A stretch of 60,833 nucleotides of DNA from Spirochaetes bacterium RBG_13_51_14 (GTDB lineage: Bacteria > Spirochaetota > UBA4802 > UBA5550), in the NCBI GenBank assembly GCA_001829455.1, contig MIBH01000062.1:1-60833 (forward strand). The letters run 5' to 3'. The stretch's first letter is position 1. Each line of letters begins with the position of its first letter. Of this stretch, positions 1 to 10,110 are shown piece by piece. Made by a program: the position numbers and the translations under genes. Under the pieces are notes generated by a model. It did no database searches and had not been told where the DNA came from. It saw nothing but the letters and a program-made list of their open reading frames with translations.

Positions 1-471
1 GTATTCGTTTACGATGCTCGTATATATATCTTCACGATAATTTACCAGATCCATCTTATTTACCAGCACGGCGATCTGACGTATTCCCAGCATGGAAATC
101 ATATAGCCGTGACGCCGCGAATTCTCTTGTACTCCTTCATGTGCGTCGATAACGAGGAGCGCAGCCTCGGCGTGGGAGGCGCCGGTTATCATGTTTTTGA
201 GGAACTCAATATGGCCCGGCGCGTCGATGATTATATAATCCCTCTTTTTTGTCTTAAAAAAAACGCGGGCAGAGTCGATGGTAATCCCCTGTGACTGTTC
301 GTCCTTCAAAGCGTCGATGAGAAATGCGTATTCAAATGGCTTGGAGGTGCGCTCGCAGTTTTTACGCACCTGCTCGAGCTTCCCGTCAGGGAGTGAATCG
401 GTATCAACCAACAGCCTCCCGATGACGGTGCTCTTGCCGTGGTCGACATGGCCCACGATCACGATGTTCAT
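1..471 (-). CDS. cysN: Sulfate adenylyltransferase subunit 1 (CysN-type GTPase), N-terminal 157 aa; gene continues past the left edge
   Basis: Absent from ORF track because it runs off the edge. Reverse translation from ATG (complement of 469-471) reads [21 protein letters not shown]...IIIDAPGH...VNKMD (G1/G3/G4 GTPase motifs). It lies 40 nt downstream of cysD. Confidence 0.85.
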   Translation of the reverse strand, partial: MNIVIVGHVDHGKSTVIGRLLVDTDSLPDGKLEQVRKNCERTSKPFEYAFLIDALKDEQSQGITIDSARVFFKTKKRDYIIIDAPGHIEFLKNMITGASHAEAALLVIDAHEGVQENSRRHGYMISMLGIRQIAVLVNKMDLVNYREDIYTSIVNEY

Positions 472-511
472 TTTTTCTCTGTGATTCTGATAAGTCCTGT
501 TCATGGTTCCT

Positions 512-1393
512 TTACATGTATCCTTCGCGGCGAAGCGTTTCCAGTCCCCCACCGTCATCCTTGTCCTGGGCGCGGCCGGAACGCTCCGCGACGTTTTTAA
601 GATTTCCGCTCCTCAGCTCATCGATAATTTCCCGCACGGTGCGCGATTCTGAATCGATCGGGTTCGTGCAGGGCCAGCATCCCAGGGAGCGGTACCGCTT
701 GCCGCCGCCCTGGTTGTAGTAGAGCGAAACCGTCGGTATGGCTTCACGCTCGATGTATTCCCATATGTTCAACTCGGTCCAGTCAAGCAGGGGATGAATC
801 CGGAGATGGGTGCCCGGCGCGAAATCGGTCTTGAACTGATTCCAGAATTCAGGCGGCTGGTCGCCGACGTCCCATTCACTGTAGGTATCCCGCGGCGAGA
901 AGTAGCGCTCCTTGGAACGTGAGCCTTCCTCGTCGGCCCGGGCTCCCACGATCACGCCGGTGTACGGTTCCGTGTTCTTGTCGACCTCGTATCGGTTGGT
1001 GTGATGGTTGTAGCGGAGCCGCTTCCACGATCCATTGAGAGTATTGATGAGGGCCTTGGTTTTGAGGTTCCGGCAGCAGGTGATCCGGTCAACGGAGCCG
1101 TCGGGGAAGGTTTGCTTCTGTTCCAGGGCTTCTTCGTTTTTACCTACGATCATCATGAGGTTCCATTCCCTGGTCAGGCGATCACGATATTCGATCATTT
1201 CGGGTATCTTGTAATTGGTGTCGATGTGGACGAGCGGAAACGGGACGTGGCCGAAAAAAGCTTTCCGCGTCAGCCAGAGGAGGACCGTTGAATCCTTGCC
1301 GATCGACCAGAGCATGCAGAGGTTTTTGAAACTCGCGTACGCTTCCCTGAGGATGTGGATGCTGATATTTTCAAGCCGGTCAAGGTGGTTCAT
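512..1393 (-). CDS. cysD: Sulfate adenylyltransferase subunit 2 (CysD)
   Basis: PP-loop region [14 protein letters not shown] and overall CysD-like sequence. ATG at 1393 is preceded by GAGGG; the ORF-track start at 1459 is a longer alternative. Confidence 0.9.
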   Translation of the reverse strand: MNHLDRLENISIHILREAYASFKNLCMLWSIGKDSTVLLWLTRKAFFGHVPFPLVHIDTNYKIPEMIEYRDRLTREWNLMMIVGKNEEALEQKQTFPDGSVDRITCCRNLKTKALINTLNGSWKRLRYNHHTNRYEVDKNTEPYTGVIVGARADEEGSRSKERYFSPRDTYSEWDVGDQPPEFWNQFKTDFAPGTHLRIHPLLDWTELNIWEYIEREAIPTVSLYYNQGGGKRYRSLGCWPCTNPIDSESRTVREIIDELRSGNLKNVAERSGRAQDKDDGGGLETLRREGYM

Positions 1394-1409
1394 TTTTCCC
1401 TCATGTTCG

Positions 1410-2129
1410 TTATAAGTAGGCTCTGAGGTAAGAAATGACGGTATCCATCGATTCGTCAATACTTCTATTTTTGGTATTGATAATTAATTCAGGTCTGTGG
1501 GGAGGCTCATAGGGATCGTCAATTCCCGTGAAATTCTTGACTTGACCCGCGCGGGCCTTTCCATAGAGCCCTTTGACATCCCTCCGCTCGCACTCTTCCA
1601 GGGAGGTGGCAACATAAACTTCGATGAAGTTATGGCACAGGTTACGCACAAAATCCCGCGATTCAATATACGGAGATACAAAAGAAGAAAGAACGATTAC
1701 GCCGTTTTTTTCTAGAATGGATGCCAGATATCCCACCCGCTTGATGTGGCTGTTCCGCTCATCCCTGGTAAAACCGGTTTCGGGGAAAATTGACCGCACC
1801 GTGTCGCCGTCAAGACGGGCGACACGGTATCCTTTTGTTGTTAGATAGCTGTGGAGCTTATCAGCCAGCGTGCTTTTTCCGGACCCTGATAATCCGGTGA
1901 ACCAGAGCACAAAGGGCATCGCCTGTGCCGGGCGCGAAAGGAACCGATCCCGGAACCGATCATAAAGAGCAAAGAGAGGCAGTTTGATAAGGATTTCAAC
2001 TCCGCTGACAATCCCGGCAATGTCAGGTCTGCCGGTAAAGGCATACACGAGAGTGAAGGTAATCACTGTTCCCAGGAATCGCCATGACAGCGTCGTAATA
2101 CAATTTCGTCTGTTAATGAAAGATTTCAT
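1410..2129 (-). CDS. cysC: Adenylylsulfate (APS) kinase with N-terminal hydrophobic two-helix domain (DUF2061-like)
   Basis: P-loop [13 protein letters not shown] and an APS-kinase-like C-terminal two thirds. The N-terminal segment [19 protein letters not shown]...[13 protein letters not shown] is hydrophobic. ORF-track start 2183 is TTG; ATG at 2129 is used here, so the start is uncertain. Confidence 0.85.
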   Translation of the reverse strand: MKSFINRRNCITTLSWRFLGTVITFTLVYAFTGRPDIAGIVSGVEILIKLPLFALYDRFRDRFLSRPAQAMPFVLWFTGLSGSGKSTLADKLHSYLTTKGYRVARLDGDTVRSIFPETGFTRDERNSHIKRVGYLASILEKNGVIVLSSFVSPYIESRDFVRNLCHNFIEVYVATSLEECERRDVKGLYGKARAGQVKNFTGIDDPYEPPHRPELIINTKNRSIDESMDTVISYLRAYL

Positions 2130-2253
2130 AATGCGTTGATAATTTGTTTTAAAGGCATACAGACCCTGAGGTTTGTATGTCAAGAATATTTATACAGAAA
2201 AATTCATAAACATATTGGATTGCTCATACGATGTTTGATGCGAATTGCCGTTA

Positions 2254-3492
2254 TTATCTCAGCGATTCGAGGGCTTGTAGCAGGCGGCGGGCTGATTTCT
2301 CCCACGAAAAAAGCTTCGATTGCCGTAGGCCCTTTTTTGCCAGTTCTTTCCTGAGAGAGGCGTTTTTCAGAATTTTTTCCATGGACTCTGCAAGACCGGT
2401 CATATCTTCCGGATCAAGCATGAGGGCGGCATCGCCTGCCACTTCTGGTATCGAGGACGTGTTAGACGTGATTACCGGACAGCCGCACTGCATGGCCTCC
2501 AGTACCGGGAGCCCGAATCCTTCATACAGTGTTGGGAATACAAAGAGCTCCGCACCGGTGTAGATCGGAGCGAGTTCTGCGGTGGAAACATATCCCGTAA
2601 TAAGGACATTGTCTCTGACGTCGGAGGATTCGATCGCCTGAAAGAAATCGGATCCGATCCATCCGGTCATTCCCACAAGGACGAGCTGATACTCCCGGCG
2701 GCTGGGCAGGATGCGGTATGCCGCCAGCAGGGTCTTAAGGTTCTTCCTCGGTTCCAGGGTGCAGACGGACAATATGTATTTTTTTGATATGCCGTATTTC
2801 TTCCTGACGGCTGATACCGTTGATCCGTCTGCCGGATAGAAGATCGTGCCGTCGGCGGCCAGTGGGATCGCTTCGATTCTTGTATTGAGATTCAACAGCT
2901 CGTGCGCGTCATTTTTTGTGTTGGCGGAAATTGAGACCAGCAGGTCAAGCTTCCGCATGTTTCTGAAGGTAAGGAGTTTCATCCGTGCTTTGTTCCCGAA
3001 TTCCATCGTTTCAGGATAGAGCTTCCACACGAGGTCGTACAGGAAGCCGATCTTCTTCACTGTCGAGAAGAAGAAGTAGGGGTAGTAATACGTGGAGGTG
3101 CCGACGTATATATCGATTTTATATTTCCGCAATGATGATGCCAGTTTCAACGAAAAGACGACTTCATCGAACAGTTCCAGCATGATTTTTGAAAGCCTAA
3201 ACAGCAGTATCCGCGATGACAAGAGGATGTTCATGTCCGTGCCCCCCTCGGATTTCAGTTGCAGCCACCGGTTTCGGATGCTCATCCGAAGCCGTTTGAG
3301 CCCATAGTTGAAATCGACATACCGCCACCGAGGATTGCGGATGGCGAGGTGTTTCAAGTCGTCCATTACGTAGATAAAGTATTCGTTTGCCGCATCAATC
3401 TTCTGCAGCTCGTTCAAATAGTGCAGGATGACGTTCCCCACGCCGGTAATGTTGTCCTGGCTTAAGGCATGCGTTTCAACGGCAATTCTCAT
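2254..3492 (-). CDS. Glycosyltransferase, GT4 family (GT-B fold)
   Basis: C-terminal EGFGLPVLEAMQCGCPVITSNTSSIPEV motif (E-x7-E region). ATG at 3492 gives MRIAVETH; ORF-track start 3504 is TTG. Confidence 0.85.
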   Translation of the reverse strand: MRIAVETHALSQDNITGVGNVILHYLNELQKIDAANEYFIYVMDDLKHLAIRNPRWRYVDFNYGLKRLRMSIRNRWLQLKSEGGTDMNILLSSRILLFRLSKIMLELFDEVVFSLKLASSLRKYKIDIYVGTSTYYYPYFFFSTVKKIGFLYDLVWKLYPETMEFGNKARMKLLTFRNMRKLDLLVSISANTKNDAHELLNLNTRIEAIPLAADGTIFYPADGSTVSAVRKKYGISKKYILSVCTLEPRKNLKTLLAAYRILPSRREYQLVLVGMTGWIGSDFFQAIESSDVRDNVLITGYVSTAELAPIYTGAELFVFPTLYEGFGLPVLEAMQCGCPVITSNTSSIPEVAGDAALMLDPEDMTGLAESMEKILKNASLRKELAKKGLRQSKLFSWEKSARRLLQALESLR

Positions 3493-3573
3493 GGTATTTT
3501 CCAAATCTGGTCCGGAGCGGGGAGGGCCATGCTATTATGAAATTTAACGATGATATCCCTCCACACCTCAAAA

Positions 3574-3593
3574 CAATCTTGATAACAAGATTG
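3574..3593. promoter_or_regulatory. Perfect 8-bp-arm palindrome in the divergent GT4 / sulfotransferase intergenic region
   Basis: CAATCTTG-ATAA-CAAGATTG, 82 nt upstream of the GT4 ATG (3492). Confidence 0.3.
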
Positions 3594-3773
3594 GATTAAG
3601 CTCCGGCAATGTCAATATATTTAGATTAAAATGAATCCCAATGATGTTGTAAAAATAGATAAAATCTTATTGATTGTATTATATCCAGCAGTATCATAAA
3701 AAAGATTAAAAAAAATAAAAAACTTGTTTTCATTTTTATAAAATAATATTTCTTGATATACGGATATTTAATT

Positions 3774-5012
3774 ATGGGACAAAAGCTTGTATTCATTCAT
3801 GCTCTTTTTCGGACCGGGAGCACCTATTTATGGAATACATTTCGACGTAACAATAAGTATTGCTGTTATTACGAACCGTTCAATGAGAATCTAATTAATC
3901 TCGTTCACGACTATTTCAAGTCTTTTAATATTGATGAGAAGGTCTCAGAAAAAAATAGGCATCCTGATTTGTCGAATACATATTTTTATGAATATAAAAA
4001 GTTTATAAAAAAAAAGGATAAAGGAGTACCTTATTTTAAAAAGTCGTTTCCTTATGATGAATACTGCCATACCGAAAGTAATCCTGATTTGCTTCGTTAT
4101 ATAAATTTTCTCATTGATGGCGCAGAGGAGAAAATCCCTATTTTTCAATTTAATCGCAGTAGTTTACGCGCATTGTGGTTTAAACGCAACTATCCGTCTT
4201 CGTTGAATATTTACTTGTATCGGAATCCACGAGACCAGTGGCAGTCATATATTGATTTTTTTAAAAGAAATAATAATCCCTATTTTTTAACCAGGGATAT
4301 TATGATTGCCGGAAAAAACAGGAATAAAGATTCTTTCTCGGCATTACAGAGTCTGGTTCCGCTGTTTGAATATTTTAATGATGATTTTTCGGCGGAGGAA
4401 ATATTCTATATGATTCTCTATAAATCATATACCGATGCTGAGCAATATACTGTTGTCTATTTTTTATGGCTAACGGCTTTAATTGAAAATATACTTAACT
4501 CTGATTTTGTTATATGCATCGATGATTTAAATGCAAATATAAGGGATCGGGGCGACTTTATTGGCTATTTGCGGATGCATGAGATCACCGGTATCGATCT
4601 CAATGATATTAATATTAGGGGATATTCTTCATATTCGTTGGATCCGGGCATTATGGATTGGATTGAAAAGACCGTACGGGAGGTAATATTCTCATCGTTA
4701 GGATCAAACAAAAAAAGAGAATTCCATGATAAACTCGATTCTAGCGGAAATATATCTCAGTTGTTGAGAGAGAAAATTATTAATCCTGCATCAACACCAA
4801 TGAACGTAGTTCAAGGAATGACCCATCTTAACCCTGAGGAGAGACACTTCGATATGTCAATGTCAATCGCGAGAAATGCAGTTGATATTGTTAATGAAAA
4901 AAAACAATATATTAATCAAATCTATAATAGCTATACCTATAAGCTTGGAGATTTCATTCTTAATCCTATAAAAAGGGCGATAAAGATATACAGAAAAATA
5001 AAGAACAGGTAA
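3774..5012 (+). CDS. Sulfotransferase-like protein (PAPS-binding motifs), AT-rich gene
   Basis: N-terminal FIHALFRTGSTYLWN resembles the 5'-phosphosulfate-binding loop. LYRNPRDQWQSY matches the 3'-phosphate-binding R-N-x-[KR]-D-x3-S-Y motif of sulfotransferases. It is the only plus-strand gene in the locus. ATG at 3774 is used; TTG at 3753 is an alternative. Confidence 0.7.
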   Translation: MGQKLVFIHALFRTGSTYLWNTFRRNNKYCCYYEPFNENLINLVHDYFKSFNIDEKVSEKNRHPDLSNTYFYEYKKFIKKKDKGVPYFKKSFPYDEYCHTESNPDLLRYINFLIDGAEEKIPIFQFNRSSLRALWFKRNYPSSLNIYLYRNPRDQWQSYIDFFKRNNNPYFLTRDIMIAGKNRNKDSFSALQSLVPLFEYFNDDFSAEEIFYMILYKSYTDAEQYTVVYFLWLTALIENILNSDFVICIDDLNANIRDRGDFIGYLRMHEITGIDLNDINIRGYSSYSLDPGIMDWIEKTVREVIFSSLGSNKKREFHDKLDSSGNISQLLREKIINPASTPMNVVQGMTHLNPEERHFDMSMSIARNAVDIVNEKKQYINQIYNSYTYKLGDFILNPIKRAIKIYRKIKNR

Positions 5013-5197
5013 TCACATTTAAGCGAATGACTTTCATGATGGTCACAGATATGATGATGTCGCGGCCGCATATTGAAAGTCAAAGGCTCTTGTTCATTGA
5101 TGCTCATCTGGTTATTCATTCAGAAGCTTTAAATAATGATTCCTGCAAGAGTGGGCGTTTCATGATGAATTTTGGTTGAGAGTCGTGGGATGGCGTG

Positions 5198-6307
5198 TTA
5201 AAAAGATGATTCATTAAAGATATCATATATCTCGTTAGCGGCCTTTTGCCAGGAATACTCTTTACAATTCTTAGAACCCTCCGCTATAATCCGGTTTCTC
5301 AGTTTATTGTTTTTTACAATTTCCAGCATCGCGCGGGCCATATCATTCACATCCCGCGGATCCACGTAGAGCGCCCCCGCGCCGGCGACTTCCGGACAGC
5401 TGGAAAGCGAGCTCGTGATGACCGGACAGCCGCACGCCTGCGCTTCCAGGATGGGAAGGCCGAACCCCTCATAGAGCGACGGATACAGATAGCAGTCGGC
5501 AAGGTTGTACATCATCACCAGATCTTCCTCGCTGATGAGTCCCAGCTTGAGCACCCTTTCCTGAAGCCGGTTTTTGGTTATCATGTCATGGACCTCGCTG
5601 TCGCGCCAGGAATCGCCGCCGGTGACATATATGCAGTGGGGTATTGAATCCTTTATTTTCAGAAACGCAGTAATCAGGTTGCGCATATTTTTCCTCGGAC
5701 TCAGGGAACCGGCGAAGAAAAAGAAAGGAGTCTTGAGCCGGTATTTTTCGGTTGTCAGCGCCAGCTTTTTGCGGTCGGTGATTTTTTTGAAATGACGTTC
5801 CACGCCCTCCTTGACCACGCGTATCTTTTCCGGTTTGATGTTGAGGAGAGCCTTCATCCGGGACGCGGTAAAATTGGATACGGTAAGATCAATCCACGAG
5901 AATCTGGACGCCACCGGGATCATGATGGTATGATGCAGGTTGTCGAAAAATTTGAATTCACGGAAGTTGAGATTCTCGAAATATACAATGTCGTGATAAA
6001 CGGGTATCTTTTTCCCCCGGACAAGGGGGGAGAAGGTATTTTTGGGGAACAGGAATATATCGATTTTCTTCAGCCATGAAAACAGGGGTATATAAACATA
6101 ATCGAAGAATAATTTTGATCTCAGGTGGACGATTGTTACGGTGAAGTTTTTCGGAAGGGGAAACCTAAAATCCAGCGTGTCGTACAGGAGGATGTGGTAC
6201 CGGTTGATGTTGTCGATCGCGGTGAGCTCACGGATGATGTTGAGCGTGTATCGCGCCGGCCCGCCCTGTCGTTCGTTCAATACCCGCGCGTTTATGGCGA
6301 TATTCAT
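5198..6307 (-). CDS. Glycosyltransferase, GT4 family
   Basis: EGFGLPILEAQACGCPVITSSLSSCPEV motif. ATG start; 4-nt overlap with the upstream GT stop (6304-6307). Confidence 0.85.
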   Translation of the reverse strand: MNIAINARVLNERQGGPARYTLNIIRELTAIDNINRYHILLYDTLDFRFPLPKNFTVTIVHLRSKLFFDYVYIPLFSWLKKIDIFLFPKNTFSPLVRGKKIPVYHDIVYFENLNFREFKFFDNLHHTIMIPVASRFSWIDLTVSNFTASRMKALLNIKPEKIRVVKEGVERHFKKITDRKKLALTTEKYRLKTPFFFFAGSLSPRKNMRNLITAFLKIKDSIPHCIYVTGGDSWRDSEVHDMITKNRLQERVLKLGLISEEDLVMMYNLADCYLYPSLYEGFGLPILEAQACGCPVITSSLSSCPEVAGAGALYVDPRDVNDMARAMLEIVKNNKLRNRIIAEGSKNCKEYSWQKAANEIYDIFNESSF

Positions 6308-7443
6308 CGGGTACCAGCCTTTGTGCCCGGCTTCGCGGCAATGCGGTTAAACGACTTCAGGTAATTGGCGGCCTGGATCTTCACGTCATATTTTTTTGAA
6401 AGAGCGCGACCCTTTTTCTGCAGAAGGGCGAGCTTTTTTTTGTTGGTGATAAGATCGTGCATTTTGAATGCGATGTCGTCAGGCGAATAGGGATCGGCAT
6501 ATTCAACGGCGTTCCCGTATATCTCCGGGATGGCGGTCCGCCGAGCCGTGAGTACCGCCGTGCCGGACGCCATGGCTTCGAGTATCGGCAGGCAGAAGCC
6601 CTCGTGGAGGGACGGCAGCACGAAGAGCTTTGCGCTGCGGTAGAGGAGAGCCAGATCGTCGCCGCCTACGTATCCCTTAAAGATGATTTTTTTCTTAATT
6701 GAATCGTCCAGGCCGTCGATCACACTCCGGAGCGGGCTGTTTTTCCATCCGCTGCCGCCCACGATCATCAGGCTGTCTGTAATTGAATCTGCGATGCGTG
6801 CGAATGCCCTGATGAGGTTAACCAGGTTCTTCCGGGGTTGCAGGGTGCCGACGAAGAGGATGTAATCTTTTTTCTCGCAGTTTTTTGCAGGTGGAAATTG
6901 TCTCAGATCGATGCCGTTGTGGACGACCGTGATTTTACCCTCGTTGATGCTCAGGTATCGCACCATTTCATTTTTGGAGTGGTTCGATACAGTGAAAAAG
7001 AAATCCGACCGCTTTATAAAAAAGGGGAACAGGAAATTGTAGAATAGGGAATTGGTCAGGGAAATCGCTTCTGGCATGGCTTTGTACGCCACGTCATGGA
7101 TGGTGGTGGCGACACGGACAGACGATGGTAGGCAGATAGGGAAGTATTCAGCGCCGGCGAAAAACAGGTCGATGCCATCGTGGATGATCTGTTTTTTCAG
7201 AGCCGGGCTCTGGAGCCATATCCGCCGCCGGCCCCTGAGCATTCCCGGAATTTCGCGGAGGGCGAACCGCGGGTTGGCGAAAATGGCATCCGCGTATTCC
7301 CGGTGTCGAATGCCGGGGGTGTATACATAATAATCATTTCCGGTGTCTATGCGGGACAGCTGCGTTAAAAGTCTCAGGAGATAATTGCCAAGACCGTCGA
7401 TATGTTCCGAGAAGAGATAGTATGCGTCGACTCCGATTTTCAT
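6304..7443 (-). CDS. Glycosyltransferase, GT4 family
   Basis: HEGFCLPILEAMASGTAVLTARRTAIPEI motif; MKIGVDAYYL N-terminus is typical of GT4. Confidence 0.85.
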   Translation of the reverse strand: MKIGVDAYYLFSEHIDGLGNYLLRLLTQLSRIDTGNDYYVYTPGIRHREYADAIFANPRFALREIPGMLRGRRRIWLQSPALKKQIIHDGIDLFFAGAEYFPICLPSSVRVATTIHDVAYKAMPEAISLTNSLFYNFLFPFFIKRSDFFFTVSNHSKNEMVRYLSINEGKITVVHNGIDLRQFPPAKNCEKKDYILFVGTLQPRKNLVNLIRAFARIADSITDSLMIVGGSGWKNSPLRSVIDGLDDSIKKKIIFKGYVGGDDLALLYRSAKLFVLPSLHEGFCLPILEAMASGTAVLTARRTAIPEIYGNAVEYADPYSPDDIAFKMHDLITNKKKLALLQKKGRALSKKYDVKIQAANYLKSFNRIAAKPGTKAGTR

Positions 7444-7553
7444 GATTATGTCCTCGCAGAAATGAATTAGTTGAACGGCGTCGGAGCGTCAATGAAAAAA
7501 CATCCGGTTTTAACCATTATACCATACGTTAACGGTTTATTCCATAGATGATA

Positions 7554-8528
7554 TCAGCGGAGATAATAACGCAGCCGCTTGATAAAGGTATCGGTTCTCA
7601 GATTTTCTCCTTCCGGCCTCAGGTGGTACACGGTATCGGCAAAATATCGCTCGGGATACACCGTGTCTTCAGGCGCGGTCAGAATATCCAGCGCCAGGGT
7701 TTCATGGACGACGCGGTAGAGCGCTTCTATATGTTTTTTATTAAGGCGGAAATCGCCGGCGGGGAACGGGGGAAAGGCAAAGAGCGCCCTGATTCCGTTT
7801 TTGCGCGAGAATTGGTGAAAATGCTTTAAATATACAATGTTTGATTCAACAGGGTCCTGGAAGCGCACGCCGCTGCTGTTCAGCGGACGTATAACCTTGA
7901 AGGGGAAAACCCGGTCTCCAAAGGAATTATAATCCCGGGGGTACCGGTAGAAACCGCCGGTGAAGCGGTGGTCGAGGGCGCCGTCGATGAGAACATGGAG
8001 ATAGGTTTTCATTTTCAGCTGGTTGAGCTGAATGATTATTTTCGTTGTCTCGAATGCATTCACCGTGCGAAGGTTGAGGCATAGCTGGGTCCCGGGCGAT
8101 ATCAGGAAAAAGAATTTTTCCGCCTCTCTGTTCTTTTTAATATAGGCGAAGTAGTGTCTGTCGAGCAGCGCGGCATATTCCGGGCAGAGGATCACGATGT
8201 CGCCCGGCTTCAGCAGCGGTTTGATCTCCTCAAGGTACCGCGCGATGTCCAATCCGCCCCATAGTCCCAGGTTCACAACCGAATGGCTGATTGGAGTGGA
8301 TCTGTTCAGCGTGCGCTCGATATCCGCGCTGTTCAGGGTGGTCAGATTGCTCCCGCCGATGAACAGAATTCGAGGCGGCGGCTTTGAGATCAGTAAATTC
8401 CGCTTGTTAACCAGGGCTGCTAGATCGTGGTTGAAATCGCCGGGAGCGAACCAGACAATAATGGTACCGGCGGCTGCCAGTATCATCCCCAGTGAAATTT
8501 TTAAGATAATATTAAACGCCGTCTTCAT
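7554..8528 (-). CDS. Membrane-anchored partner of MBOAT (DltD/AlgJ-like, putative periplasmic O-acyltransferase)
   Basis: N-terminal TM helix, ILFIGGSNL (Ser-motif-like) and C-terminal FADTVYHL (Asp/His-like). It lies 13 nt downstream of an MBOAT gene and is a paralog of 10111-11055. Confidence 0.6.
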   Translation of the reverse strand: MKTAFNIILKISLGMILAAAGTIIVWFAPGDFNHDLAALVNKRNLLISKPPPRILFIGGSNLTTLNSADIERTLNRSTPISHSVVNLGLWGGLDIARYLEEIKPLLKPGDIVILCPEYAALLDRHYFAYIKKNREAEKFFFLISPGTQLCLNLRTVNAFETTKIIIQLNQLKMKTYLHVLIDGALDHRFTGGFYRYPRDYNSFGDRVFPFKVIRPLNSSGVRFQDPVESNIVYLKHFHQFSRKNGIRALFAFPPFPAGDFRLNKKHIEALYRVVHETLALDILTAPEDTVYPERYFADTVYHLRPEGENLRTDTFIKRLRYYLR

Positions 8529-8541
8529 TATATTAATGACG

Positions 8542-10059
8542 TTAAAATCTGAAATATATGAATTGATCCTGCGTAAACATCCCGAAGAACAATATTGCCA
8601 CCATTATGAGAACATACAGACCCCACCTCACGCACGCAGCTCGTCTCGATAGCGCCTCCCACACATCCTTTCGTTTCTGGATCAGGTGGAATATCCAGAG
8701 GGATACGATTGAAAAAGCGGCGATGAGCATTTCAGGCCGGTACGTTTCCCGCGAAAAACCGAGAATGGTGTTTTTTCTCGCGATGTCGGTCACTGCTTTC
8801 AAGTGAGCCATATCAAAAACGAGGAGCGAGGTGAGAACATCTCCGGTGCCGGCGATGATCTTCCGGATGACGGCGATCGCCGCTGGCAGGCTGTCGGCTC
8901 TGAAGAAAATCCACGCGAAACAGACCAGTGCGCCGGTCGAGATGATCCGCAGCAGTCGGAGAAGCCGGGGCGCCCTGTCAAGTCCGTTGAGACTGATGAA
9001 TTTCAGCCGAATGTTCCGGGTCCCCATGCCGAGCAGGAGAAGCAGGCCGTGGACCGCCCCCCAGGCGATAAAGGTCCAGTTCGCTCCGTGCCATAATCCG
9101 CTGAGCAGAAAGGTGATGAAAATATTCCGGTACCACCGCGCTTTGCCGTTCCTGTTTCCGCCCAGCGGGATATACAGGTAGTCCCTTAACCACGTGGTGA
9201 GAGAGATATGCCATCTCCTCCAGAATTCTAAAAGAGACGCCGCGCCGTACGGCCGTCTGAAATTATCCATGAGGCGGAAGCCCAGCACCCGGGCGGATCC
9301 AATTGCGATATCCGTGTACCCGGAAAAGTCGCAGTAAATCTGTACGGCGAACAGGACCGTCGCCAGTAAAAAGTATATGCCATGATAATAGTCAGGATGG
9401 CCGAACACCTCGTTTACCACGATTGCGACCCGGTCGGCTATAACCAGCTTTTTGAAGAATCCGCCGGCCATGGTCCTCATGCCGTCGGTGACCAGCCGGT
9501 AATCACAATCATGCCGCTCATGGAATTGCCGTATCAGGGACGGCCGCTCGATGGGCCCGGCGATTATCTTGGGGAAGAACAGAAGGTAGAGGGCGAACAT
9601 ACCGAAATGCCGTTCGGCCCGGATGGCACCCCGGTGCACCTCAATTACATAACTGATGCTTTGAAACGAATAGTATGAGATGCCCAGGGGAATGATGAAT
9701 GTTATCACTTCCGCCGGATACCGTAGACCGAAGGCAACAGCAGCTCTCACTGCCGCATCGTGAAAGAATGAGGCGTACTTGAATAGAACAAGAAGCGAGA
9801 GCGGGAACAGTATGCCGATGATGAGAAAAATTTTTTGACTGCCGGAACCATTCCGTCCGCCGCGCTCGATTAGAAGGCCCAAACCGTACTCAACGATGAT
9901 GACGGCCATCAGGGGGAGGATGAACCAGGGGGCTGCTGTCATGCAGAACAAACAGCTTGCAGCCAGGAGCCACAGCCATCGAACGCCATGGGGGAGAGTA
10001 TAATAGATAACAGTAACAGCCGGAAAAAAAATGAGGTATGCGAATGAATTAAACTGCAT
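8542..10059 (-). CDS. Membrane-bound O-acyltransferase (MBOAT; AlgI/DltB-like)
   Basis: Polytopic membrane protein with WRRWHISLTTWLRDYLYIPLGG and SGLWHGANW (conserved MBOAT His regions). Confidence 0.85.
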   Translation of the reverse strand: MQFNSFAYLIFFPAVTVIYYTLPHGVRWLWLLAASCLFCMTAAPWFILPLMAVIIVEYGLGLLIERGGRNGSGSQKIFLIIGILFPLSLLVLFKYASFFHDAAVRAAVAFGLRYPAEVITFIIPLGISYYSFQSISYVIEVHRGAIRAERHFGMFALYLLFFPKIIAGPIERPSLIRQFHERHDCDYRLVTDGMRTMAGGFFKKLVIADRVAIVVNEVFGHPDYYHGIYFLLATVLFAVQIYCDFSGYTDIAIGSARVLGFRLMDNFRRPYGAASLLEFWRRWHISLTTWLRDYLYIPLGGNRNGKARWYRNIFITFLLSGLWHGANWTFIAWGAVHGLLLLLGMGTRNIRLKFISLNGLDRAPRLLRLLRIISTGALVCFAWIFFRADSLPAAIAVIRKIIAGTGDVLTSLLVFDMAHLKAVTDIARKNTILGFSRETYRPEMLIAAFSIVSLWIFHLIQKRKDVWEALSRRAACVRWGLYVLIMVAILFFGMFTQDQFIYFRF

Positions 10060-10110
10060 AAAGCGGGCTTCAGCGTCATTGTTTCGTTTATAACGTCGGA
10101 ACAGTCGGGG

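Noticed and set aside
109-484. Plus-strand ORFs 109-294 and 278-484 from the track
   Set aside because: They lie antisense to the clear CysN GTPase reading frame, which carries G1/G3/G4 motifs.
4937-5119. 60-aa minus-strand ORF overlapping the 3' end of the sulfotransferase-like gene
   Set aside because: It overlaps a better-supported gene, lies in AT-rich sequence where spurious ORFs are common, and has no SD.
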